This document shows, piece after piece, positions 13,821 through 25,370 of a stretch of 64,000 nt of DNA. The number at the start of each line of letters is the position of its first letter. Position 1 is the stretch's first letter. Where the stretch lies: NCBI RefSeq assembly GCF_006345805.1, contig NC_042998.1:81840001-81904000 (forward strand). Reading direction: 5' to 3'. A model generated the notes under the pieces. That model worked only from the letters and a program-made list of their open reading frames with translations. It was not told the origin of the DNA and searched no databases. Source of the stretch: Octopus sinensis (Eukaryota). Both the position numbers and the translations under genes were made by a program.

Positions 13821-13927
13821 TGTATGTATGTATGTATGTATGCAGACATGTATGCATGTATATATGTATGAACGTATGTATGTATGTATGTATGTATGTA
13901 TGTATGTATGTAGGTATGTATGTATGT
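13766..13927. repeat. (TATG)n microsatellite
   Basis: Direct reading. Similar TA/CATA arrays at 13060-13230, 14480-14540, 15960-16100 and 18845-19078. Confidence 0.95.
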
Positions 13928-14480
13928 CAGGTCACTTTCGTGTGCTACTGGTAACATGTAACCCAGTACAACCTATTGCATGGTCGGGTCGTCGGCGACT
14001 AAACCGGCAACCCCACCAAGTTTGCTCGGTGAGGAGGGTGTATATTGGATACCCTGCGGGATGAAAAACAAAACCCGTCAAAGGGCAGAGGAACTTTTGA
14101 GAGTCAACGGCCATCCAATTAATGTCTTAAGGCTGTATCATGCGCGGAGACATAGAAATAATCGGACTGAATACCCGATCGCGCGGTTAAACCATTGGGA
14201 GTGAAGGACTCCTAGCCTTTGTTAGGGCATCCTTCTAGGAGAAGGTAACTCAGGTAACTGGGATAACTCGGACATAAAATCTGCGGCTCAGTGGTTACCG
14301 ATGATGTTGACTTGTTCTTCTTTTCGGATTATGGCTGCTGTTGCTTAGTGAGTGGGATTGACTCAGTGCACAGCCTTTCCTCACTTTAAAAAAGATCTTC
14401 TTGCACAGGCATTGCATGATAACAACATTGATTAAGCTTCGCGCAATGGCCATACTCGATAACGAGGGGGCAGCCACCAT
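13928..14480 (+). mobile_element. Short non-coding element resembling an RTE 5' UTR, flanked by (TATG)n
   Basis: GC-richer block containing gggcatccttctaggagaaggtaactc...cataaaatctgcgg, which resembles RTE 5' UTRs as I recall them. No RT coding; ends in (TATG)n. Confidence 0.45.
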
Positions 14481-14958
14481 GTATGTATGTATGTATGTAT
14501 GTATGTATGTATGTATGTGTGTGTGTATGTATGTATGTATTATGTATTTATATATCCACATTTTTACGAGTATTGTACTCTGTGTAAGTTGGATTTATTA
14601 ATATCTAATATATTCATATTTACATATTCATCGTTTGAAAGTCTCCACTTTTTGCTCTCTTTCGTTTTGCATGTAAACATATATACGCATTTTATATTTC
14701 GTACACTAATTGTTATATTTGATATATCTAGTGTGTTTATCTTCATAACTTCCTCCGTATCTGGACAGCTTGGACCGTCTTATAGCCGTTCTTTACCCCG
14801 CTCGTGGAATTGATACCCAGTAAAGACATAGAAGTTTAAGTTTGGTTCATTTGAGCACTAATGAGTGTCTTCTATGCTGAGAATCTCAGCATCTCTTCTG
14901 TTGAATATATATGTGTGTGTGTGTTGTGTATGTGTGTAGTGTGTGTGTGAGAGAAAGA

Positions 14959-14993
<35 letters not shown>

Positions 14994-15045
14994 AGTAATG
15001 ATAAATTTCTGAGCGAGGTATAAACAGTAGCTGCAACACATCGTG

Positions 15046-15462
15046 AAGTATTTTTGCCACTTAAATATGGCTAACCCTTCAGGGTGGATGCTACCGTAGC
15101 TTGTAGCCCCAGCAGGATACCTCCTGCAGCTACTGTTTATACCTCGCTCAGAGATTTATTATTGCTTGTTCACACTTCTTCAATATCAGTGACATTTCGT
15201 CACTGGAAAAATAATATTTGCAAAGGGAGGCCTACTTTTTATCGACAACTCGTGATTGTCACACGCTGATGAAGGGTCAATACTCAGAAACTCGAGTCCG
15301 TGCGTATCCTAGGTTGAATACGGCAAGGATGGCTTCCCTTTGCAAATGCTGATAGGGCACAGAAAGTGTATCAATAGCCAGCTGGAGGAGGTCCTCCTGG
15401 GGCTCCAAGTTACAGTAGCAACCACCCTTAAGTGTTAGCCACATTTAAGTGGCAAAATACTT
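15046..15462 (+). mobile_element. Fold-back (rod-like) non-autonomous element with a central hammerhead motif
   Basis: Terminal arms of ~90 bp are inverted copies (~85% by eye). An inner stem 15216-15232/15331-15347 matches at 16/17. The hammerhead lies at the apex. Confidence 0.8.
15262..15302 (+). ncRNA. Minimal type I hammerhead ribozyme motif
   Basis: cacg (stem I) CTGATGA a gggt-caat-actc (stem II) a GAAA C-TCGA-GTC (stem III, palindromic loop, GUC site after 15298) cgtg (stem I partner). Stem II closes with an A/A mismatch. Confidence 0.7.
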
Positions 15463-15479
15463 ATATATATATATGTATG

Positions 15480-15511
<32 letters not shown>

Positions 15512-15619
15512 CATGTATGCATGTATGCATGCATGCATGAGATGAAGAAACTGACTTGTTGATAATGGCGCAGAAGTAGAATTTAATATACGTGACTGTA
15601 TGTGTGCGTGTGCGTGTGT

Positions 15620-15955
15620 GTAAAAGGGTAAAAACCTCCTTCGGTCATGAATGTCCATAGGGTTGCACATGGAAAGTAATCCTACCAAGCACATGTCCCG
15701 ACATGGTTGTTTATGAAAGACCGGCATTGGTCCACACCTCCCCTCTACAGGCTATCGATTTGCCAAGTGAAATGCAAATGCTGATACAGCTTGGCACCAG
15801 TGATATGTCAACTCATTTCTACAGATGAGTGAACTGGAGCAACGGAAAATGAAGGGTCTTGCTCAGGAACATAATGCACAACCAGGTCGAGGAATTGAAC
15901 TTACTACCTCCTGATTGTGAGCCTGACGCTCTAGCCACTGAGCCATGCGGATTCA
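15620..15955 (-). mobile_element. tRNA-derived SINE, family C
   Basis: Minus-strand head gcatggctcagtggctagagcgtcaggc, then ttcctgagcaagacccttcattttccgttgctccagttcactcatctgtagaaatgag. Same family as 19650-19948. Confidence 0.85.
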
Positions 15956-16032
15956 GTGTACATACATACATACATACATATATATATATATTATATATAT
16001 ATATATATATATTTATATATGTATATATATAC

Positions 16033-16063
<31 letters not shown>

Positions 16064-16100
16064 CATATATACATAAATACATATATATATATATATATAA

Positions 16101-16338
16101 TAATATTAATTAGAGACAAAACCACTATTTTGCAAAACAAACAAGGAAAGACTTAATCAATACATAAAATTTTAATAAAAAGTAAAAAAAAGTAAAAAAA
16201 AAAGGAAAAAAAAAAGTAAAAAAAAGTAAAAAAAGTAAAAAAAAGTAAAAAAAAGTAAAAAAAGTAAAATTTTATGTATTGATTAAGTCTTTCCTTGTTT
16301 GTTTTGCAAAATAGTGGTTCTGTCTCTAATTAATATTA
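16101..16338. repeat. Near-perfect 74-bp inverted repeat around a (GTAAAAAAA)n array
   Basis: Arms 16101-16174 and 16265-16338 differ at one position. Confidence 0.9.
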
Positions 16339-16420
16339 TATAATATTTTACTATAAAATTGGATTTAATCCTAAATCTGATTCTTTCCCTGTAAATTTGG
16401 ATTTATTCCCTAATATTTAT

Positions 16421-16463
<43 letters not shown>

Positions 16464-16467
16464 AATC

Positions 16468-16668
16468 AACAGAATGAAATAAAAATCCGAGGCTGTGAAA
16501 GATTTCAGGATATTTATAAATAGAGGCTCTTACAGCTGTTTCTGGGATATAATGCACATTTTATATATCCCGTGGAGGTATATATAAAATATCCCGGAAA
16601 CAGCAGTAAGACCTATTTATAAATGTTCTGAAAACTTTTACAGCCTTGGACTTTTATCTCATTCTGTT
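16468..16668. repeat. Imperfect fold-back containing 3' halves of a hammerhead motif
   Basis: Arms 16468-16550 and 16589-16668. The minus strand reads gggatata...tatatccc a GAAA CAGCTG TA agag; the plus arm reads tatccc g GAAA CAGCAG TA agac. Confidence 0.75.
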
Positions 16669-17371
16669 ATTTTTTATATATACACATGTTCATATATGAC
16701 TTACGTTGGACTCCTCATTCGCATAATCACCGAGCCTAGAGCTTAACTATAATCAGTCCAATGCACTTACTCAGCATTACCTGACACCTTTGTGTCTTAT
16801 TGACTCCATTACCTCTCATAACTTCTCTCGATCGATCGATCGATCGGTTGATCGATCGATAGATAGATAGCTAGAAAAGCAATCGTTTTAAATTAAAAGC
16901 AATCGTTACTCCATAAATATTATATTTGATATTTGATATTGCACGGTCAAGTTAAATAACTTTACATTACGTTGTATAACTTACAATTCGCAAGATTACG
17001 GAAGGAACTTACTTAGAAGTTATATTGCTTCTTTCAGTCCAGGAAGTACATTACATCAAGTAGCTATAGATAAACAATTTAATCTCTATACAGGTGAAAG
17101 AAAGCATTGGGTAGATTTCTCTCGATCATTTAGTACAGGAATCATTAGAAATTGACATATTCTTCCATTTTCTTCACCAAGTTCATGAGGTTTCCTGCTT
17201 TTACGATCTATCTGATTAAATGCTAACTTGAACTCAATTTGATGATTCTTTAAATATTTCTTAGCAATTTGTAAATGGTTCAATCCACAAATTCATAAAC
17301 CTAGATGAATTTCATGGGGTACATTTATTTACGATCGCAAGATATACACAGCGATACTAGAGAAATGGTTG

Positions 17372-17520
17372 TGTTCTTTTATTTTTTTACTCGTTTCAGT
17401 CATTTGACTGCGGCCACGCTGGAGCACCGCCTTTAGTCGAGAAAATCGACCCCAGGACTTATTCTTTGCAAGCCCAATACTTACTCTATCGTTTTTTTTG
17501 CTGGGGCGACACAGATAAAA
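17372..17520 (-). mobile_element. SINE family B, 3' part
   Basis: tttcagtcatttgactgcggccacgctggagcaccgcctttagtcgag is the reverse complement of the 35448-35910 tail. Confidence 0.85.
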
Positions 17521-17579
17521 AAAACATACAAACACACACACACACACACACATACACACATACATATATATATAAATAC

Positions 17580-17611
<32 letters not shown>

Positions 17612-18418
17612 CCCATGGAATATTGTAAAAACGGAAGTAAGAGGTTCAATACCTCGTTTTGTTTTTTGTGTAAAAGGTGTTTTAATTTTTAAAAGGACTA
17701 CTAAGTCCAGTAATTGTAAAAACGAATGTAAGAGGTTGGTAATAAACATCTTGAAATTTGCAGCCGAAATTTGGTTAGCATCATAATAGCGTCATGCGAG
17801 ATATTTAAATACTGCTGTGGCATCAATCTTAATTGTAGTACGAAGTGGAAAATGGCAAACGTGGACAAAAAATATTTCAAAACAATATCCGAATGTCCGT
17901 AAAAGAAATTCTTTATGGAATTACTTATAGATCCCTTGAAGAATGTGTAAATAAAATAGAGACCGACGATTTCAACATTGATAACGTAACATCTTAAATA
18001 ATCATGAAAAATTGAAATGGTACGGAATAATTAAGCGTTAATGAGCAAATAATCTAAGAATTCATGACGATTTGATACCTACATTGTCTAGAAGGATGTC
18101 AAGATTTTATAATCGTGAAAATATTCGTGCATTGTTGTTTAGAACTATACATACAGTTAGCTTTGTAACTTCTTTATAAGATTTCATATATTCTTATAAG
18201 ATAGAGGTGAGTGGGAATTCCTTCGCGTATATAACAACAAATAACATCTGGTTTTCAAAAATTAATAATTTGCGGTTGTTTCACGAATGGCAATGTTATT
18301 GAAAGCGTCAACATTCAGTATAATGAAAATTTCAGAAATCTGATAACAGTTGACCGTTATCAGATTTCTGGAATTTGAAGTTAGGATAGAGGTCAATCCT
18401 GGCGTATGAACAGTAGAC

Positions 18419-18455
18419 AGAGAGAGAGAGGGAAAAGGAGAGAGAGAGAGAGAGT

Positions 18456-18495
<40 letters not shown>
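18419..18495. repeat. (GA)n polypurine tract
   Basis: Direct reading. Confidence 0.95.
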
Positions 18496-18867
18496 AGAGT
18501 AGAAGTAGAAAAGTGAAGGAGAAAAAATAGGTGTCTTTATCTTTAAAAATATTGATTACTTTCTACCAATAACAAAACAAATCTATGTAGCAATATTAGA
18601 AATCAACCGAGATGTAGTAATGAGTCTAATTTTATCAACATCTAAGAGAGAATGGCAAATTGGAATACAATGAAAGTTGAATTCAGAACGAAGTAGAATG
18701 TAAACAAAATCTATAATGTATTTGTTATGGCACTATATTGCGCCTATTGAATTACAAAAGAAAGACGCTGGAATATTCAATCAGGAACAAACAGCATTCT
18801 CATGATTTCACTTTTAGGGAAACATTTCAAGGATACATACATATGCATTCATACATACATACATACA

Positions 18868-18961
<94 letters not shown>

Positions 18962-19001
18962 CATACATACATACATACATACAAACACATATATATGAAT
19001 A

Positions 19002-19077
<76 letters not shown>

Positions 19078-19649
19078 TTTCAGATAGACAGAGAGTCAAA
19101 CAGACAGACATACAGTCACACTCACATTTTGCTTTTGCTCGTGTGTGTGAGTGTACATACTTGTGTGTGCATGTGTTTTGGGATTTATCTTCTTTCTAAG
19201 ATATTAGACATTTGTTTTTGGACGTATGCTAATCGCGTTAGTACGTATGACGTATTCTTTACAGAGACTACGCTTACTTATAGTTTTCCGTCACTTTTAA
19301 ATTTATCTAACCATTACTTCGTTTATAATTAATGTTTCCCAGTTTCTGTCGAACACTTTCTATAGCAGAATTCTATTAACATATTAATTATCATTTTAAT
19401 GCTGACATTATTGACATCTAATATTCTGTTTTGAGACCATTTAACAAAATATCAAAGAAAGTAATTAAAACTTGAGTGAGATTAGAATCAGATTCACTGG
19501 GAAAATGTGAGGCCAAAATAAAATTAGAGACGAATGAGAAATAGAACCGAAACGAATATTCCGTGTACTTAATGTTCCCCAACAACGAACAATACACTGC
19601 TGAAAGGAAACTATGAAGGATATGCAGCTGAGTCCCCTCTTCGTTCTCA

Positions 19650-19948
19650 GCTGATTGCCCCTCGAAAGTTACCCTCCCAGGCACAAGTCAGGTAAGGTTG
19701 TTTATGGAAGACCAGTAGTCGCCCATGCATACCGGCCTCCCCTCTCCACGCCACCACAGTTATCCAAGGAAAAGGCAAAGGCCGATACAGCTTGGCACCA
19801 GTGACGTCGCAACTCATTTCTACAGCTGAGTGAACTGGAGCAACGTGAAATAAAGTGCCTTGCTCAAGAACACAACACGTAGCCCGGTCTGGGATTCGAA
19901 CTCACAATCTCACGATCTTAAGATCGACGCTCTAACCACTTAGCCATG
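19650..19948 (-). mobile_element. SINE family C (first bases of the head replaced by a TA repeat)
   Basis: Minus strand: catggctaagtggttagagcg...gagttcgaatccc...gtgttcttgagcaaggcactttatttcacgttgctccagttcactcagctgtagaaatgag. Confidence 0.9.
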
Positions 19949-19971
19949 TATATATATCTATATATATCCAT

Positions 19972-20056
19972 GAAGGCGCATGGCTAAGTGGTTAGAGCGT
20001 CGATCTTAAGATCGTGAGATTGTGAGTTCGAATCCCGGACCGGGCTACGTGTTGTG
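19972..20056 (+). mobile_element. Head-only inverted copy of the adjacent family C SINE
   Basis: 19979-20056 is the reverse complement of 19871-19948 with one mismatch, and it carries the intact gaaggcgcatggc start. Confidence 0.9.
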
Positions 20057-20404
20057 TATATATTCACAAGGTAAAGAATGGCTGTAAGAGGAATCATGTT
20101 GAAAGGACATAGAGGCAATCATGCAGATAAACAAATCAGATATATTAGATATATTAGTGTGGGTATAAAGATATACATATTTTGGATTTCATACTTAAAC
20201 TATAATATTTAATTTATGTAATATATTTAATGTATTTAATTTGTTTATCTACACTTTGTAAATCTTACACTTGAGGCTACCGTCAGCATCTCAAATGTAA
20301 TATTTCTTCTCTGAAGACGTAGAATCGTCTCATCCGACGTTAGAATGTGTGTGAATCTTACATCCAATTTTTACAACCCATGCCAGCACGGGAATCAAAC
20401 ATGG

Positions 20405-21100
20405 GATGGAAAGATCTGAACAGTGGTATAGATGTCAATACATTTTTTCTTTTGCTTCTCATTTCCATTGACACTCCTTTCAGATAAACAGGTACCTACA
20501 CGCACACATACACACACAAAAACACACACACACACTCTCTCTCTCTCACTAGACAATGATGAAAAGAAATCCAGACAATATTTTGAAAAATAACTTTAAC
20601 AAAGCAAGACCCACCATCCTCGGAGTCGCCACTTGGTTTTGCCATTGTTAAAATGCCAAGAATCACTTTCCATTGAAAGAACTAACCAGCTGCATAGATG
20701 TAAACACATTTTTTCCTCTTTCTCTCTTCATTCTTTCCTTCTCTTTTCCATTGACACAGATACACAGGCACCCACACACATACGTACACACACACACACA
20801 TACACACACACACACACATACAAAACACACACACTCTCTCTTACTGGACAATGATAAAAAGAAATCCAGGTAATTTTTTGAAAAATGACTTTTATCAAAA
20901 CAAGAAACGCCCATGGAATATCCACCAGGTTTTGCCATTTCTAAAGGCCAAGTCTCACTTTCTATTGAAAAAACAGACCAGCATTATAGAAGTAAACACT
21001 TTTTTGTTCTTTCTCTCTTCCTTCTTCCTTTCTTTCTCTTTTCTATTGACATTACTTTCAGATACAAAGGCACACACACGCACTCTCTCTCACTTTCTCC
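20405..21100. repeat. About 2.5 copies of an imperfect ~290-bp tandem unit
   Basis: Anchors gacaatgat(g/a)aaaagaaatccag near 20552 and 20847; acttt(c)cattgaaa/actttctattgaaa near 20666 and 20957. Confidence 0.8.
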
Positions 21101-21352
21101 CCATTCCTCACCCTCTTTTACTATCCTATATCTCACCCTACCCCTACTCATTCAATAATACTATAAAAAGAGACAAATATCCTCAAAAATTCACTCTGAA
21201 GAATCCACTAGAGTGGATGCAAGCGCTAATATATGAGTTATAAAAACATGTGACATATTAATAAAAATCTGCAAATATGAAACCATCCACATTTCTGACT
21301 ACCTTATTTCCCCTAATATATAATTACTGTACATTATCTCCAAACATTCTAA

Positions 21353-21411
<59 letters not shown>

Positions 21412-21784
21412 TTGTGCGTGTGTCTCTGTTTGTCCCCCCTCCTCACCATCGCTTCACAATCTGTGCTGGTGTGTTTACATGCCCGTAATTTAGCGGTTCG
21501 GCCAAAGTTAGAATGTAGAGGCATATTTTCGAAGCAACTCAACGATGTTTTTGCCAATAAATCATTTCTCCTGTTTTTTTTTTGTTTTTTTGTTCTGAGA
21601 GTCACAAATACATATTGCTAGATACTTGTATTCAATCTTCTCTAAGAGAATTTTAAAATTCAACGGCACTCTTTTCCGATTATCAATGCGTTTATCCCCA
21701 CCTGCCAGAAGTACTCTTTGTGACTATTTTGTAAGAAATTCTTTTCGCTTTAATAGTTAACATAGTTATATTTACTTGTGAAAG

Positions 21785-22090
21785 CGTGTGGTTAGAATAT
21801 GGCGCATTCGGCTCAACAACGGAATATTCTGAGCTTGGTTCCCGGCGCGTAGTGTTCTTGAGGAAGACATATCTGCCGTTGCTCAAGGCCACTGAGCTAG
21901 CAAAAATGTGTTTTGCCTGTAATTCAAAGGGCTAAATTTGTTACATTCTGTGTCATGCTGATTTTCCCTAAGAACTATGTTGAGATTACGTGTGTCTGTG
22001 GAGTGTTCAGCCACTTGGATGTTAATCTCAAGTGCATACCGCTGATCGGATCAACTGGAACCCTCGTCGTCGTAACCGATAGTGAGCCAG
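21785..22090 (+). mobile_element. Degenerate SINE: family C-like core, tail shared with the 44572-44940 SINE
   Basis: gtgttcttgaggaagac...gttgctcaaggccactgagct core, then gtgtctgtggagtgttcagccacttg...gatcggatcaactggaaccctc. Confidence 0.65.
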
Positions 22091-22809
22091 TTACATTTAC
22101 TAATTGATGTGAAACAGTGAAAATATTTGTAGAATTTACCACAACGTGAAATATAGTATTATACGTTTGGGACAAACGTAGAAAGGACAACACGTTCATG
22201 CTGGAGGACAATAGCTCCGAACTGAAACGAAATTACCTTCAAACTAGATTTAAAACTGTATAAGAAGCTTGCACTGATGTAACTTACCACATGCTGAAAG
22301 ATGAAAGTAACGCTTCAGTATGGAATATTGGTTCTCTATTGAGTCTCTAAAAGTTCCTACTTTGTATGAAAATATAAAATGTGAAGGTGAGACATTAGCA
22401 ATTTTGCAGCTGACACAGAATATGGATAACATAGTACTACGACCCAAATATCATTACTTGTTCCATAATTTTGTGTATGTATATTTGCTCAAAGATGGAG
22501 ACACTTTTCTATTAGTTGTTAAGGGATAATCTGATAGTCATATTTATTTGTTGATAGTAATCGAAAGCCTCTATCATGCTAAACAGCCATGTCAAAATGA
22601 TAATGAGTAGATTAACTAATTTATTGTAAGTGATGTAAGTTAGACATTTCCACCAAATTTCCGTAAAATAATATTCTATCATCGTACAAAGATACACCCT
22701 GGACAATATGGTCCTAGATATAATATGTGTATAAACGGGAGCAGTCACTGTTGGAGCGGCTTTCATATATTTGTAAGATTAATGATCTGAGGATCTTTAT
22801 TAAGTTACT

Positions 22810-23590
22810 TGTTTCATTTGTTGGATTGTGACCGTGCTGGGGCACTGCTTAAAACGGTTAATCGAACCAGTCAACTCCAGTATCTATTTGAAAGCCTGGT
22901 ACTTATTTCATCGGTTTCTTTTGCCGAACTGCTAGGTAACAGGGACGCAAACAACAAAAAAACATCGCTTACTAATTGGTACAACCACAAATACACACAC
23001 TGTGGTTATACAGTAAGAAGTTTGCGTTTCAAATATATGGTTATATGTTCAGTCACACTGCTTGGCACCTTGTACTATAAGCCACAGGCCGACAAAAGCC
23101 TTGAGTGAGGATTTGGTCGACGTTGTATATATTCATACATATACATATAGATTTATATACACACGTATTATATATATACGTGAACATTTATGTGTGTGTG
23201 TGTGTGTCTTTGTATATGTGTTCTTTGTGTTTGTTTTTGTCTATGTGAAGCGTTATGGGCTCTTACGTCCCCGTAACTTAGCATTTCGGCAAAATATACC
23301 AATAGAAAATGTACAAATCTTGAAGAAGATATAAGTACTGGCGTCGATTTCTTCGATTGGATGAAGCGTTCGAGAGAATGATCCAGCAAAGCCGCAATAC
23401 AATGGCTCCAAAAAATTAAAATATAAAATTTACATATAAGGCAGTTCCACACAGCTTCCGTCTACCAAATTTCCTAAGCGTGACTATTGCAGAGGACTCT
23501 TTCTGAAGGTCCTAGACACTGGGTTTAAGTACGAAGCCGCGTTGTTGCGAAGCGAGCCTCTTAACCATATAAGCATGTGTGCCCCCTGTA
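22810..23590. mobile_element. Cluster of degenerate family B SINE pieces in both orientations
   Basis: 3' part on minus (~22810-22990), a near-complete copy on plus (~23020-23420) and a head on minus (~23440-23590), judged by similarity to 35448-35910. Confidence 0.6.
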
Positions 23591-24643
23591 AAGGAAAAAC
23601 AACAACAACAGCAAAAATAAATTAAAGAAAATACAGCAGTAAACATCTCCAGTGATTTCATTCTACATAATCTAGTGGAAGTCATTAACTGCACAGATAT
23701 TCTGTATATACAATATATTTCTTTGTGTGTAGCATATGTTCATCCATATATATCAATTGTATCTGTTGTTTTATCATTAAAATGCCACCTACTGTTGTAA
23801 TGAATATTCATCTCTGTCGTAGCAAATAATTTACGCCGAAATGATATCAGTTTTATAGATATGTTTAAACATTTGTCATAAAAGCTAGTAGCGTAATAAA
23901 TGGATATACTGTCAATACTAATCAAGTAAACTAAACGTAAATGCAGATTTCAATATATATGCAGTTTATATGCTGAATAAAAAGAAACAGAAATCGTTTA
24001 ACACCCATACAATTAACAATAACACATCAATTCTCGATGGTACTACGTAGATTTAACGAATGCAAAAACGATAATTACAAACCATTTCCATATTTGTGAT
24101 ACATATTCAGAAGCCGAGGAGAGTTGAATCAATATTGAGCGTATCTATTTTACATTAATCATTGGAACCAAGAAAGAATTAACTGATTCCTGCGTTTTGA
24201 CGATGCTTCGATTTAGTAATCACATTTGTGTTTACAAGCTTAGGTTACGGTTGCAGTTAGTAGATAATTTATCACCATCTACATACAGTTATGTTACGTT
24301 CATATAATCACTATTCAACGAATATCTGATTTCATTTGATAGTTGTACGACTATTTTTAATTGGGAGAAGCACTTGGAAATCGTGTTAAACGCATTATGT
24401 TGTATATTATATCACATATACGTTATCGGATCTAATATCGCCAGAGGATTCTTTTGCTAGTTATTCTTTCATTATTGATAAAATAATTATTTGTAATATG
24501 TGTTAGTTATCAATGAGTTGGCTGCAGAAAAGCTTATCAGTTTTTCTCTCTACTCTAAGCTCTGAGTTCAAATTCCAGGTGCGAGTTATTCTAGCGTCAA
24601 TGAACCTTCTATACCAAGATCAACACCAACAGTATAATAATAA

Positions 24644-24858
24644 TCCTTTCTACTGGAAGCACAAGGCCTCAAATTTGTGGGGAGGAAACCGCTAGATTAC
24701 ATCCACCGCAGTGCGTAACTGGTATTTATTTTATCGACCCCAAAAGTATGAATGAGAGTATCAACCTCGGCGGAATTTGAATTCAGAACGTAAGGACGGA
24801 CGATATGCAACTATGCATTTTGCCCGGCGTGCTAAGGATTCTGTCAGCGCGCCACCTT
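24644..24858 (-). mobile_element. SINE family A
   Basis: cctcggcggaatttgaattcagaacg and ttttgcccggcgtgctaaggattctgtcagcgcgccacctt. Confidence 0.85.
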
Positions 24859-24873
24859 GGTATAATAATAATC

Positions 24874-24934
<61 letters not shown>

Positions 24935-24935
24935 A

Positions 24936-25351
24936 TTTTTTTTTCTTTATTACCCACAGGGAGCTAAACATAGAGGGGACAAGCAAAGACAGACAAAGGC
25001 ATTAAGCCGATTACATCGAGTCCAGTGCATAATTGATACTTATTCAATCGACCCTGAAAGGATGAAAGGCAAAGTCGACTTCGGCCGAATTTGAACACAG
25101 AACGTAATGACAGGCGAAATACCTATTTCTTTACTACCCACAAGGGGCTAAACACACAGAGGGCAAACAAGGACAGACAAACGGATAAAGTCGATTATAT
25201 CGACCCCAGTGCGTAACTGGTACTTATTTAATCGACCCTGAAAGGGTGAAAGGCAAAGTCGACCTCGGCGGAATTTGAACTCAGAACGTAGCCGCAGGCG
25301 AAATACCGCTAAGCATTTCGCCCGGCGTGCTAACGTTTCAGCCAGCCCGCC
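24936..25351 (-). mobile_element. Dimeric SINE (family A body with a different 3' tail)
   Basis: A full unit plus a 5'-truncated second unit, joined at (minus) gtgggtagtaaagaaata|ggtatttcg. The same junction occurs in the 50920-51246 copy. Confidence 0.85.
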
Positions 25352-25370
25352 AATAATAATAACATCGAAT

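Noticed and set aside
17622-17737. Two 25-bp direct repeats (23/25) about 90 bp apart, CRISPR-like spacing
   Set aside because: There are only two copies, no cas genes and a eukaryotic context; a local duplication is sufficient.
12693-19332. Many listed ORFs rich in YI, HT, VC or MYVC (also II/NN ORFs near 24800-26300 and 34500-35100, and others throughout)
   Set aside because: They are translations of TA, CA, TATG and AAT microsatellites, not genes.
19972-20056. tRNA gene
   Set aside because: It has A/B boxes but no proper acceptor stem, and it is almost identical to the head of the adjacent SINE. The same applies to the other SINE heads.
22282-22350. Minus-strand exon candidate with a gtaagt donor
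   Set aside because: Two frames are open, no product is recognisable and no partner exons were found. The same holds for candidates near positions 1-40 and 330-420.
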